Positions 8,337 through 17,516 of a stretch of DNA of 56,761 bases are shown one piece after another (the stretch's first letter is position 1; each line of letters starts with the position of its first letter). The stretch is from Actinomycetota bacterium (GTDB taxonomy: Bacteria; Actinomycetota; UBA4738; HRBIN12), in assembly GCA_035696925.1 (NCBI GenBank), contig DASSDW010000078.1, forward strand, positions 1 to 56,761, read 5' to 3'. The notes beneath the pieces were generated by a model, which worked only from the letters and a program-made list of their open reading frames with translations, was not told where the DNA came from and made no database searches. A program made the position numbers and the translations under genes.

Positions 8337-10039
8337 GGGCTCGCCTCCGGTGTCGCGAACGCGGTCAGTTCCTGGTCGTCCAGGCCTCGGACGAACTCGG
8401 TGAACGTGGGTTCCTCGCTCCCGTCCTTGGTGAACCCGCGTCGTGCGCGGTACCGGGTCACCAGCGTCTCGACGTAGTCGGCAGCGTCTTCGGCGAACAC
8501 CTTCACGCCCTTCACCTTCCTCCCGAAGGAGTCGTCGGCCCCCCCGAGGTGCACGAGGAACGCGTCCGACCTCGTGCCGTCGGGCCGCTTCGCGAGCGCG
8601 GACATCAACCCGATGTCGGCCACCTGGAACCGGGCGCAGGAGTTCGGGCACCCGTTCACGTGGACGCGGATCTCCTCATCGAACCCCGGGAGTCGCCGAT
8701 CCAACTCCTCCGCGAGCCATCGGGCGCGGCCCTTCGTCTCGCCGATCGCCAGCTTGCAGAACTCGATGCCTGTGCACGCCATCACGCCCTTGCGGAAGAG
8801 CCCGGGCATCGTGGGGAGGTCGAGGTGATGGAGCTCCGCGGCGAGGCTGGGGCTCGCCTCGCGCTCGACGTCCAGGATCACGAGCTTCTGCCGCGTCGTG
8901 GTCCGGATCTGGCCGCTCCCGTACCGATCGGCGAGGTCGGCTACGAGGCGGAGCTGATGGCCCGTCAGTCGACCGGCCCGTGGAGCGAACCCGACGAGCG
9001 TCCGGCCGTCGCGCTGCGGGCGGATGCCGACGTGGTCGCGACGCTCCATCGGGGCGGGAGGCGGCGCGGGACCGTCGGGAAGTGGCGCCTCGAGGAACTC
9101 CTTCTCGAGCACCCGACGGAACTCCTCGGCTCCCCAGTCCTTCACGAGGAACTTCAGCCGGGACTGGTTGCGCGAGCGTCGGTACCCGTATTCGCGGAAC
9201 AGCGACGTCACGGCCGCCCACGCCTCGGCGGCGCGGTCGGGTGCGACGAACGCGCCGAGGCGCTGAGCGAACATCGGGTTCGTCGAGAGCCCGCCGCCGA
9301 CCCAGAGGTCGTATCCGGGTCCGAGGTCGGGGTGCTCCACGCCGACGAGCGAGATGTCGCTGATCTCCGGATCCGTGCAGCGGACGGCGCATCCGCTGAT
9401 CGACGTCTTGTACTTGCGGGGGAGGTTCGAGAACTCCGTCGTGCCGACGAACCGGTCGTGGATCTCCGCGATCGCGGGTGAGGCGTCCAAGATCTCGTCC
9501 GCGTCGACCCCGGCGAGCGGGCACCCCAGGATCACACGGGGCGTATCCCCGCAGGCTTCGGCGGTGGTGAGGCCGGTGGCCTCGAGGTGCTCCCAGATCT
9601 CTGGCACGTCCTCGATCCGGATCCAGTGGAGCTGCACGTTCTGCCGATCCGTCACGTCGGCGATGTCGCGCCCGAACGTTTCGCTGGCCCACGCGATCGC
9701 GCGAAGCTGGTCGGCCGTGAGCCGACCGCCATCGATCCGGATCCGCATCATGAAGAACTCGTCCTCGAGCTCCTCTGGCTCGGCGCTGCCCGTTCGCTCG
9801 CCGGGCACGCCCTGCTTCCGCTGCGTGTAGAGACCCCACCAGCGCATCCGGTTGCGGAGGTCCTGCTTGCCGATCGAGCGGAAGCCGCCCGGTGCGAAGA
9901 CGCGCTCGATCCGCTCCCGCACCTCGAGCGGCTCGGCCTCCTTCTTGATCTGCTCGGCCGAGTTCAGTGGTTCGTGATAGCCGAGCGCCCACTGCCCCTG
10001 ACCCCGGGGGCGGGGCGATCTCTGTTCGGTGCGTGCCAT
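8333..10039 (-). CDS. sirA: Ferredoxin-dependent sulfite reductase (nitrite/sulfite reductase family)
   Basis: 568 aa. Siroheme/4Fe-4S cysteine motifs VMACTGIEFCKLA and VNGCPNSCARFQ, and the two-repeat NiR/SiR architecture. Confidence 0.9.
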   Translation of the reverse strand: MARTEQRSPRPRGQGQWALGYHEPLNSAEQIKKEAEPLEVRERIERVFAPGGFRSIGKQDLRNRMRWWGLYTQRKQGVPGERTGSAEPEELEDEFFMMRIRIDGGRLTADQLRAIAWASETFGRDIADVTDRQNVQLHWIRIEDVPEIWEHLEATGLTTAEACGDTPRVILGCPLAGVDADEILDASPAIAEIHDRFVGTTEFSNLPRKYKTSISGCAVRCTDPEISDISLVGVEHPDLGPGYDLWVGGGLSTNPMFAQRLGAFVAPDRAAEAWAAVTSLFREYGYRRSRNQSRLKFLVKDWGAEEFRRVLEKEFLEAPLPDGPAPPPAPMERRDHVGIRPQRDGRTLVGFAPRAGRLTGHQLRLVADLADRYGSGQIRTTTRQKLVILDVEREASPSLAAELHHLDLPTMPGLFRKGVMACTGIEFCKLAIGETKGRARWLAEELDRRLPGFDEEIRVHVNGCPNSCARFQVADIGLMSALAKRPDGTRSDAFLVHLGGADDSFGRKVKGVKVFAEDAADYVETLVTRYRARRGFTKDGSEEPTFTEFVRGLDDQELTAFATPEASP

Positions 10040-10055
10040 GGGTACCTTCCAGGTA

Positions 10056-10083
10056 GGAAAGGAGAAAGCCGCCTCGCGGCGGC
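10056..10083 (-). terminator. Terminator-like hairpin inside the sirA leader (possible attenuator or SD-sequestering element)
   Basis: Minus strand reads GCCGCC-GCGA-GGCGGC followed by UUUCUCCUUUCC. The hairpin lies just upstream of the SD GGAAGG (10050-10045) and the ATG at 10039. Confidence 0.35.
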
Positions 10084-10267
10084 CGGTGGGTGCTGCGGAT
10101 CGACGGGCGTTACGGCCGTGCGAGGGAACCGAGGCCGGTGGCGGCCTCGGTGGACACCCAGGGACAGCAGCACAGGCGGTCCGGGATCATCGCCGCCACC
10201 TGCCCAGCCGTTCGCGTCCGGATCATCGGATCGAATCCCATCCCTGGAGTCGGAATTGCAGGTGCAA

Positions 10268-10297
10268 AACCTACCGAGGTGGCGTCGCAGGCGTCAA
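10268..10297 (-). promoter_or_regulatory. Candidate sigma-A-type promoter of the sirA operon
   Basis: Minus strand TTGACG (10297-10292), an 18-nt spacer, then TAGGTT (10273-10268). This would give a leader of roughly 220 nt. Confidence 0.3.
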
Positions 10298-10331
10298 ACC
10301 GGGACGGACCGGCGGTGACGATCCCTTCTCG

Positions 10332-11075
10332 CTACGCAGTGTGCACAACAGCATCGCCCCCGGGCCGCTCGAACAAGCGGCGCGACACCACCGACAGCGG
10401 GGCGATGCTGAAGGCGAGGACGGCGACCGCGATGTCGATCAAGGCGTCAGTGATCGCGACGGGGCCGACCTCTCCCTGGCCGAGCGAGACGGCGAGCGAG
10501 GCAGGGATCTGGGCTCCCAGCGAGATGGCGATCAGGACGAAGGCCACAGCCCGCTTCGGGGACGAGGACTGCGAGAACACCCCGAAGCCGATCAGGGCCA
10601 TGCCGACGGGAAGGGACAGGTCCGGCCCATCGATCCCGATCCGCATCGTGAGGATCGCGGAGAGGGTCACGACCAGGAGTGTCGGGATGAGCCGGCCGGC
10701 GCTCTTGACGTGGTTCCGTCGAACTCCGAGCCACGCCACGCCGGCCGGCGCGAGCACGGCCATCCAGTCGACGAGCGAACCGGCGACGACTCCGAGTCGA
10801 GCCGATACGACGCTCCAGCCGATCCAATGGTCGACCGGGAATCCGAAGAGCACGAGCATCGTTCCGGGTACCCACCACCACCTGGTCACGCCGTCCTTCA
10901 CGAGCATCAGACCCAAGATCGCCGCGGCCACGTAGGTCAACACGATCGGGACCACCAACCCGGGCATCGATTGGCCTCCCCAATGGGTCACCTGCTCCCA
11001 CCGAACCCTGGCGAAGACGGCCAGGCCTGCGAGGAAGGAGCCGATCGTGGCGATCTTCAGTGGCCGCGACGTCAT
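10332..11075 (-). CDS. Hypothetical polytopic membrane protein
   Basis: ORF 10332..11171. Multiple hydrophobic segments. I prefer the start MTSRPLKIATIGSF at 11075; 11171 remains possible. Confidence 0.6.
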   Translation of the reverse strand: MTSRPLKIATIGSFLAGLAVFARVRWEQVTHWGGQSMPGLVVPIVLTYVAAAILGLMLVKDGVTRWWWVPGTMLVLFGFPVDHWIGWSVVSARLGVVAGSLVDWMAVLAPAGVAWLGVRRNHVKSAGRLIPTLLVVTLSAILTMRIGIDGPDLSLPVGMALIGFGVFSQSSSPKRAVAFVLIAISLGAQIPASLAVSLGQGEVGPVAITDALIDIAVAVLAFSIAPLSVVSRRLFERPGGDAVVHTA

Positions 11076-11213
11076 GACCTCGTTATCGGTCAGCCCGTTC
11101 CAGCACTCAAGTGGGACGGGGTGTGAGAGCGACGCGACAGCAACGCATGAGATGCGCCTACCATCGGCCAAGGGGACATCCCTGCTCCGCGGAGACCTGT
11201 CTTGGAGGTGACG

Positions 11214-11396
11214 ATGAACGAGGACGAGTTGATCGGATTGTTCCGCGAACGACTGAACAACGGAAGAACGGGCTATCTCACTTTCGGCGATCTGGTGGCG
11301 ATGGTGCCCTCCGATCAGATGGATGAGTGGCGAGCTGTGCTAGCCAAAGCCAAAGCCGCCGATGCGGCGCGGGATGCCGAGCAGGACCCCGACTAG
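11214..11396 (+). CDS. Hypothetical 60-aa acidic protein
   Basis: GGAGGTG lies 4 nt upstream of ATG 11214 (inside ORF 11202..11396). Sequence begins MNEDELIGLFRERLNNGRTGYLTFGDLVAMVPSDQMDEW. Confidence 0.45.
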   Translation: MNEDELIGLFRERLNNGRTGYLTFGDLVAMVPSDQMDEWRAVLAKAKAADAARDAEQDPD

Positions 11397-11416
11397 GCCC
11401 GACGGAGCAGTGCCGA

Positions 11417-12265
11417 CTACACGGAGATGGCTGTCAAAGCGGTCCGTTCCTCGAGCGTGAGCCCCCTGAGTGGCGGCCGGACGTCGCCGTGGAGGAGCAC
11501 CCCTCGGTCGGTGAGGACCTGCTTCAGCGCCGCGTGGAACGGGATCCCCTCGAGCTCCTCGCGGAGCTCGGTGACGCGGACGTGCGCCTCGGGACTGTGC
11601 TCGTGCACGAGGGAGGCGACGACGTCCGGCCAGGCCGACGCGAGCCCCGAGACCGCTCCCACCGCGCCACGCTCCATCGCCGCGCGCACCAACGGCTCCG
11701 ATCCGACGAACACGTCCATCCCATCGAGCAGGTACGGCTCGATCGCGTCGAACGGCGTGTCGCTCACCTTCATGCCGGCGACGTTGCCCTGTTCTCGGCG
11801 GAGCTCCTGCACGACGTCGACCGGGATCGCGTAGCCGCTTCGGGCGGCGAACTCGTAGACGTAGAAAGGGAGGGGATCGCACGCGTCGGCCGCGGACCGG
11901 AGATGCTCGAACAGCTCCCGCGATCCCAAGGGGAAGTAGGGGGGCGCGATGACGGCAACGGCATCGGCGCCCACCTCCAGCGCATGCGCCGCGAGCGCCA
12001 CGGTGTCGCGGGTGGTCTGCGCCCCGGCGTGGACGGCGACCTGGAAGCCTTCGGGCCGGACGGCGAGGAAGGCCTCGGTGACGAGACGCCGCTCCCGGAC
12101 CGTCATGAGCACGCCCTCACCCGTCGTACCGCAGGCGAGGAGGCCGTCCACGCCGCCCGCCGCGAGGAACCCCACGAGCGGCCCGAACGAATCGGGGTCG
12201 AGCGAGCGAGCGCCGTCCCTGAGCGGCGTGACCGCTGCGGCGATCGCTCCGTGGAGCCGTTGCAT
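11417..12265 (-). CDS. Dihydrodipicolinate synthase / N-acetylneuraminate lyase family aldolase
   Basis: AAVTPL...GVDGLLACGTTGEG, and the Schiff-base lysine context VAGMKVSD. Confidence 0.8.
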   Translation of the reverse strand: MQRLHGAIAAAVTPLRDGARSLDPDSFGPLVGFLAAGGVDGLLACGTTGEGVLMTVRERRLVTEAFLAVRPEGFQVAVHAGAQTTRDTVALAAHALEVGADAVAVIAPPYFPLGSRELFEHLRSAADACDPLPFYVYEFAARSGYAIPVDVVQELRREQGNVAGMKVSDTPFDAIEPYLLDGMDVFVGSEPLVRAAMERGAVGAVSGLASAWPDVVASLVHEHSPEAHVRVTELREELEGIPFHAALKQVLTDRGVLLHGDVRPPLRGLTLEERTALTAISV

Positions 12266-12333
12266 CGCCGCGATGCTACTCGCGGCGTAGCATGGAGATG
12301 CGAACCCACAGATGCGTTCGGAGGTGAACGCCT

Positions 12334-12750
12334 ATGCGCCGCTACCTGGTGGTCGCGAACCAGACCCTCGGCGGAGATCCCCTGCTGGCCCTCCTGCGGG
12401 GATTCGCGGAGGAGCCGTCGACGTTCCATGTCCTCGTCCCCGCCAGCCCTCCCGTCGATCATCTGTGGACCGAAGCCGAGGCCATCTCGATCGCCCGTAC
12501 GCGACTCGAGACCGCTCTCGAGCGGTTCCGCTCGGTTGGGATCGAGGCGACCGGCGAGGTCGGGGATGGCCGGCCGCTGCAAGCGATCGATGACGTGCTC
12601 GCGCGGGACACGTTCGACGCGATCGTGCTCTCGACGCTGCCGCCTCGGTTGTCGAAGTGGTTGCGGCTCGATCTCGTGCACCGCGTCCGGACCTCTTTCG
12701 GCCTGCCGGTCCACCACGTGATCTCGCAGCGAGAGACGGTCGAGGTCTGA
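12334..12750 (+). CDS. Hypothetical protein, possibly USP-like alpha/beta fold
   Basis: MRRYLVVANQTLGG...FHVLVPASP...DAIVLSTLP is a pattern seen in conserved actinobacterial hypotheticals. The family assignment is uncertain. Confidence 0.6.
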   Translation: MRRYLVVANQTLGGDPLLALLRGFAEEPSTFHVLVPASPPVDHLWTEAEAISIARTRLETALERFRSVGIEATGEVGDGRPLQAIDDVLARDTFDAIVLSTLPPRLSKWLRLDLVHRVRTSFGLPVHHVISQRETVEV

Positions 12751-12765
12751 ACGAGCGGAGCGGGA

Positions 12766-13695
12766 TCAACGCCGCGCGAACAGGTTCCGGATCGCGAGCC
12801 AGATGTTGCGTCCGGGATGCTCGGCCACGCGGCGCATGAACCACGGGAACCAGTGCGTGCCGTAGCTGATCAGCACGCGGACCCGGTATCCCTCCCGCGC
12901 CAGGCGTCGCTGGTCGGCGATGCGGATGCCGTAGAGCATCTGGATCTCGTAGTCGTCACGCGCGGAACCGGCGGCGGCCGCCGCTCGCTCGATCTCCGCG
13001 AGCAGCGGGACGTCGTGCGTCCCGAGCGCCAGGCGGCCGCCACCACCCCATCGGAGGAACTCGAGAGTGAGCTTCCGGAACACCTCCCGGATCCGGCGTG
13101 CATCATGGATCGCGACATCGCGCGGCTCGTGGTACGCGCCCTTCACGAAGCGGATCGAGCCGCCGGCGGCGAGCAGGTCGGCCACGTCCTGCGGCGTCCG
13201 GTGGAGGTACGCCTGGATGCACACGCCGACGCGCTCGGATCCCTCGCGGAGCGAGCGGTAGATCGCGAGTGTCGGCTCCACGTACGGAGCGGACTCCATG
13301 TCAAGGAACAGGTGCCTCCCCATGGCGGCGGACCGCTCGACGAGCAGCCGCAGCCGCTCCACCGTCGCGGCCGGATCGAGGTCGAGGCCGAGGTGCGTGG
13401 GCTTCACCGAGATCTCGGCATCGAGCCCGCGTTCCTCGATCAGATCGAAGAGCCGCAGGTAATGCTGGACCACGGAGTCGGCGTCCGCCGCGTTCCGGAC
13501 GTTCTCCCCGAGATAGGTGAACGTGGCGGGGATCCCGTCCTCCGCGAGGCGTGCCGCCGCGTCGAGAGCGTCCTCGATCCGCTCGCCGGGCATGAACCGC
13601 TTCACCGTCGCGCGGACGAAGCGGAAGCGGGGGAGGTGCTCGCTCAGCCACCGGTTCCGGGCGGCCACGAGCAGCGCATCGCGCACCGGGTTCAC
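12766..13695 (-). CDS. Proline dehydrogenase
   Basis: 309 aa with ISVKPTHLG, VCIQAYL, IRFVKGAY and EIQMLYG motifs typical of monofunctional PRODH. GTG at 13695 overlaps the upstream stop (GTGA). Confidence 0.85.
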   Translation of the reverse strand: MNPVRDALLVAARNRWLSEHLPRFRFVRATVKRFMPGERIEDALDAAARLAEDGIPATFTYLGENVRNAADADSVVQHYLRLFDLIEERGLDAEISVKPTHLGLDLDPAATVERLRLLVERSAAMGRHLFLDMESAPYVEPTLAIYRSLREGSERVGVCIQAYLHRTPQDVADLLAAGGSIRFVKGAYHEPRDVAIHDARRIREVFRKLTLEFLRWGGGGRLALGTHDVPLLAEIERAAAAAGSARDDYEIQMLYGIRIADQRRLAREGYRVRVLISYGTHWFPWFMRRVAEHPGRNIWLAIRNLFARR

Positions 13696-14981
13696 GACAG
13701 CATCGCCTCGACCTCACGGCCGGCTCGGAGGCCGGTCTCGATCGCGCCGTCCATGTAGGAGCCCCAGCCCCGGGCGATGTCGCCCCCGGCGAACGCGACC
13801 CGTCCCTCTCGCCGCTCGAGCTCCGGGAGCCACCGGAGCGAGCGGCCGGGGCCGTACGACGCCCAGGTCTCACCGGTGAGCGGATCGCGCACCCAGTCGT
13901 GACCTCCGACCTCCTCCACGCGAGCCCCGGGGAGCAGGCCCTCGATCGCACGGGCAACGGGCTCGGGGTCGTCGGGGGAGAGCGTTGCCGCCGAGGGCCC
14001 GAACCCCACGACGACCGTTCCCCCGTCCGGGGTGGGCGTGATCGTCTGGACGAACGACAACGGGAAACGGCCCGGGGCCGCCGCGAACATCGAGGGGGAG
14101 CCGGGCGCGAGCTTGGCCCACACCTTGAGGCCGAGGCCGACGAGTCCCTCCTCGGCGGCCTCGCGTTTGCGATCCGCGAGCGGCGGGTCGAACCGGACGG
14201 CGCCGAGGGCGTTCACGGGAAGGGCCACGATCGCCGCCGAGGCCCCGTGCTCGCCGTCCGTCGTGCGGACGGTCACGCCCGTCTCGTCCTGCGCGATCGC
14301 CTCGACCCGCGTCCCGAGGCGTACGTCGGCGCGCACGTCGCGGCGCAACTCCTCGACCAGGGCGGCGGTTCCTCCGTCGATCTCCCATCGGCCGTTCGTG
14401 TCGAAGACCATCTGCCCGACGAAGCCGGCGAGGGCGAACGACCGGGCGATCGTCAGGAAGCCCACGCGGTCGTTCGGCGCCGAGCTCAGGCCGGCGCACA
14501 GCGCGTCGAGCAGGTCCCGGCTCCGCGGATCGAGGTCGAGGGCGGAGATCCGCTCGGCGGTCGAGGCGAGGTCCGCCTCCTCGGCGACCGGGCCCCGTGG
14601 GATCGTCATCGGCTCCGCGAGGTATGCCTCGGTTCCCGCGCAGAGCAGCTCGAACGCGTCGTTGAGCTGAGCATAGACGTTGTCGTCGAGCTCCTCGATC
14701 CCGTCGTCCCTCCGCAGGAAGGCGCGATCGGCGTCCGGGAGCTCGACGATGCCCAGGCCGTAGCGGGTGATCTCCGCCCACAGGTGCGGCTGGCTCCAAT
14801 GGACGAACGCCCCGCCGAGCTCCACGTCGACCCCGGCGAAGGAGGAGACCCAGGTCCGACCGCCGAGCCGTTCCCGCGCTTCGAGGAGGAGGACCCGCCG
14901 GCCGCGGTGGCCGAGCTCCCGCGCCGCCGTGAGGCCGGCGAGGCCGCCACCGACGACGATCACATCGAGCGCTGGATCCAT
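13692..14981 (-). CDS. Flavin-containing amine oxidase family protein
   Basis: Dinucleotide fold VIVVGGGLAGLTAARELGHRGRRVLLLEARERLGGR. The internal ATG at 14981 is preceded by GGAGGTG. Confidence 0.8.
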   Translation of the reverse strand: MDPALDVIVVGGGLAGLTAARELGHRGRRVLLLEARERLGGRTWVSSFAGVDVELGGAFVHWSQPHLWAEITRYGLGIVELPDADRAFLRRDDGIEELDDNVYAQLNDAFELLCAGTEAYLAEPMTIPRGPVAEEADLASTAERISALDLDPRSRDLLDALCAGLSSAPNDRVGFLTIARSFALAGFVGQMVFDTNGRWEIDGGTAALVEELRRDVRADVRLGTRVEAIAQDETGVTVRTTDGEHGASAAIVALPVNALGAVRFDPPLADRKREAAEEGLVGLGLKVWAKLAPGSPSMFAAAPGRFPLSFVQTITPTPDGGTVVVGFGPSAATLSPDDPEPVARAIEGLLPGARVEEVGGHDWVRDPLTGETWASYGPGRSLRWLPELERREGRVAFAGGDIARGWGSYMDGAIETGLRAGREVEAMLS

Positions 14982-15058
14982 CGACCGCCCACCTCCTGAT
15001 CCGGCCGTCGATGATAGGCGCCGTGTGTCACCGCCGCCGTGTGTCACCGGCGCCGCGA

Positions 15059-16348
15059 TCAGAACTGCGCGCGCTCGGTGGAGCCGTCGAGGGCCGTCGT
15101 GGAGCTGCGTCCGCCCGAGATCACGTCGGCCACGAGATCGAAGTAGCCCGTTCCGACCTCGCGCTGGTGCCGGGTGGCGGTGTACCCGTCGGCCTCGAGG
15201 GCGACCTCCCGTTCCTGGAGTCGAACGTACGCGGACATGCCTTCCTCCGCGTAGCCGTGGGCGAGCTCGAACATCGACGCGTTGAGCGCGTGGAAACCCG
15301 CGAGGGTCACGAACTGGAACCGGTACCCCATCGAGGCCAGCTCCTTGCGGAACCGCGCGATCTCATCGTCGCCGAGGTGTCGCTTCCAGTTGAACGAGGG
15401 GCTGCAGTTGTAGGCGAGGGTCCGGTCCGGGAACTCGCTGAGGATCGCTTCCGCGAAGACGCGCGCCTCGTCGAGGTCCGGTGTGGACGTCTCGCACCAG
15501 AGCAGGTCGGCGAGCGGCGCGTACGCGAGCCCGCGCGCGATGGCTGCGTCGATGCCGTCACGCACGCGGAAGAATCCCTCGGCCGTGCGCTCGCCCGTGA
15601 GGAACCGCCGGTCGCGTTCGTCGGCGTCGGATGTGAGCAGTGCGGCCGACAGCGCGTCCGTCCTGGCGATCAGCACGGTGGGTGTGTCGGCGACGTCGGC
15701 AGCGAGCCGGGCGGCCGTGAGGGTCCGCTCGAACTGCTCGGTGGGCACGAGCACCTTGCCCCCGAGGTGGCCGCACTTCTTCTCGGACGCCAGCTGATCC
15801 TCGAAGTGCACGCCCGCGGCGCCGGCTTCGATCATCGAGCTCATCAGCTCGAACGCGTTCAGCGTCCCGCCGAAGCCGGCCTCGGCGTCGGCGACGATCG
15901 GCGCGAACCAGTCCCGGTCCAGCGTGCCGGACGACCAGGCGATCTGGTCCGCCCGGCGCAGGGCATTGTTGATCCGTCGGACGACGGCGGGGACCGAGCT
16001 CACCGGATAGAGGGACTGATCGGGGTACGTCTGGCCGGCCAGGTTCGCGTCCGCCGCCACCTGCCATCCGGAGAGGTAGATCGCCGGGAGCCCGGCCTTC
16101 ACGCATTCCACCGCCTGGCCGCCGGTCATGCACCCGAGCGCCGGGACGACGTCCTCCGTCCGCAGCAGCTCCCAGAGCCGCTCCGCTCCTCTGCGGGCGA
16201 GGGTGTGCTCGGGGAAGGTCGATCCGCGGAGCCGGATCACGTCTTCGGCGGAGTACGCTCGCCTCACGCCGGCCCAGCGCGGCTCCCTGGCCCACCGCCA
16301 CTCGAGTGTTCCGGCCTCGCGGGCGATCGCCGTTCCCATCTTCCCCAT
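15059..16348 (-). CDS. aceA: Isocitrate lyase
   Basis: Signature [11 protein letters not shown] plus [22 protein letters not shown]. The start MGKMGTAIA at 16348 gives about 430 aa. Confidence 0.9.
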   Translation of the reverse strand: MGKMGTAIAREAGTLEWRWAREPRWAGVRRAYSAEDVIRLRGSTFPEHTLARRGAERLWELLRTEDVVPALGCMTGGQAVECVKAGLPAIYLSGWQVAADANLAGQTYPDQSLYPVSSVPAVVRRINNALRRADQIAWSSGTLDRDWFAPIVADAEAGFGGTLNAFELMSSMIEAGAAGVHFEDQLASEKKCGHLGGKVLVPTEQFERTLTAARLAADVADTPTVLIARTDALSAALLTSDADERDRRFLTGERTAEGFFRVRDGIDAAIARGLAYAPLADLLWCETSTPDLDEARVFAEAILSEFPDRTLAYNCSPSFNWKRHLGDDEIARFRKELASMGYRFQFVTLAGFHALNASMFELAHGYAEEGMSAYVRLQEREVALEADGYTATRHQREVGTGYFDLVADVISGGRSSTTALDGSTERAQF

Positions 16349-16494
16349 CTCATCCACCCTTTCCGAACTCGGAAGCTCCTGAGAACCGTTGCCTCGGAAA
16401 CGCGAACGACCTCTCACCGGGAGAGGTCGGAAGGGCGCCCCGGCACGCGGGCGAGGCGCCTCAGCGGCCGGATACTCGGGAACCGAGGGAGCGA

Positions 16495-16515
16495 CGAAAA
16501 CTGAACGGCCGTTCA
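16495..16515 (-). terminator. Weak intrinsic-terminator candidate downstream of hisG
   Basis: Minus strand UGAAC-GGCC-GUUCA followed by GUUUUC, about 50 nt after the hisG stop. Confidence 0.3.
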
Positions 16516-16566
16516 AACATCGCCTGATGGTTCCACAGATGGTGCACTGGAGTCAACCACCGGCGT

Positions 16567-17442
16567 TCAGGGCACGATCTTCGAGATCGGGAGCTCCAGG
16601 ATGTCGGTCGCGCCGGCGGCTTTCAGGTCGGGGATCAAGCGGTTCACCCCGCGCTTGTCGACGACGGTCTCGATCGCGAAGCCGCCCTCGGACAGGGGAG
16701 AGACCGTGGGCGCCTTCATCGATGGAACGACCGCGAGCACCTGCGACAGCCGATCCTCGCCGACGTTGAGCTTGATCAGCACCCGTCCCTCGGCTCGGAG
16801 CGCCCCCAGGAGCAGCGTCTGGATGTCGTCGATCGCCGCGCGCTTCGCCTCCTCATGGAGCGCTGCGCGGTTCGCGATCAGAACCGGTTCCGACGTGAGC
16901 AGCGTCTCGATGATCTTCATCCCGTGCGCGCGAAGCGTGTTGCCCGTCTCCGTGACGTCGACGATCGCGTCGACGATCTCGGGGACCTTCGCCTCGGTCG
17001 CGCCGTAGGACCACACGACCTTCACGCTGATCCCCAGATCGTCGAAGTACCGCTCGGTGAGCTTCAGGAATTCCGTGGAGATGCGGGTGCCAGGGGGGAC
17101 CTCCTTCGCGCTGTTCGCGGGGTGCTCGTTCGGCACGGCGAGCACCACCTGCGTGCCGTGTCCCGTTCCCGACCGGGCGTAGGAGAGCGTGGTCACCACA
17201 TCCACGTCGGCCTCCGTTTCCGCGATCCAGTCCTGCCCCGTGATGCCGAGGTCGAACAGCCCGTCCTGGACGTAGAGCGGGATCTCCTGCGGACGGAGGA
17301 TCGAGACGCGTTCGATCCGATCGTCGTCCACGGCGCCGTGATAGTCACGATCGGAGCCTCGGCGCACGCGGAGGTCGGCGGCTTCGAACAGCCGCAGCGT
17401 CTGTTCCTCGAGCGAGCCTTTGGGGACGACGAGTTTGAGCAC
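16567..17442 (-). CDS. hisG: ATP phosphoribosyltransferase (long form)
   Basis: 291 aa. MLKLVVPKGSLEEQTLRLF, DLGITGQDW, and a C-terminal regulatory domain. Confidence 0.9.
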   Translation of the reverse strand: MLKLVVPKGSLEEQTLRLFEAADLRVRRGSDRDYHGAVDDDRIERVSILRPQEIPLYVQDGLFDLGITGQDWIAETEADVDVVTTLSYARSGTGHGTQVVLAVPNEHPANSAKEVPPGTRISTEFLKLTERYFDDLGISVKVVWSYGATEAKVPEIVDAIVDVTETGNTLRAHGMKIIETLLTSEPVLIANRAALHEEAKRAAIDDIQTLLLGALRAEGRVLIKLNVGEDRLSQVLAVVPSMKAPTVSPLSEGGFAIETVVDKRGVNRLIPDLKAAGATDILELPISKIVP

Positions 17443-17516
17443 GTTGACCTCCGAAGATGCGCACGGAGTGTACGTGCCACTGGCGGGTCGCTGGGCCTAC
17501 CCGGTACGGTACGGTC

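Noticed and set aside
10221-10245. tRNA-like T-loop motif (GGATCGAATCCC) in the sirA leader
   Set aside because: I could not build an acceptor stem, D-arm or anticodon arm on either strand, so it is not a tRNA or an obvious tRNA pseudogene.
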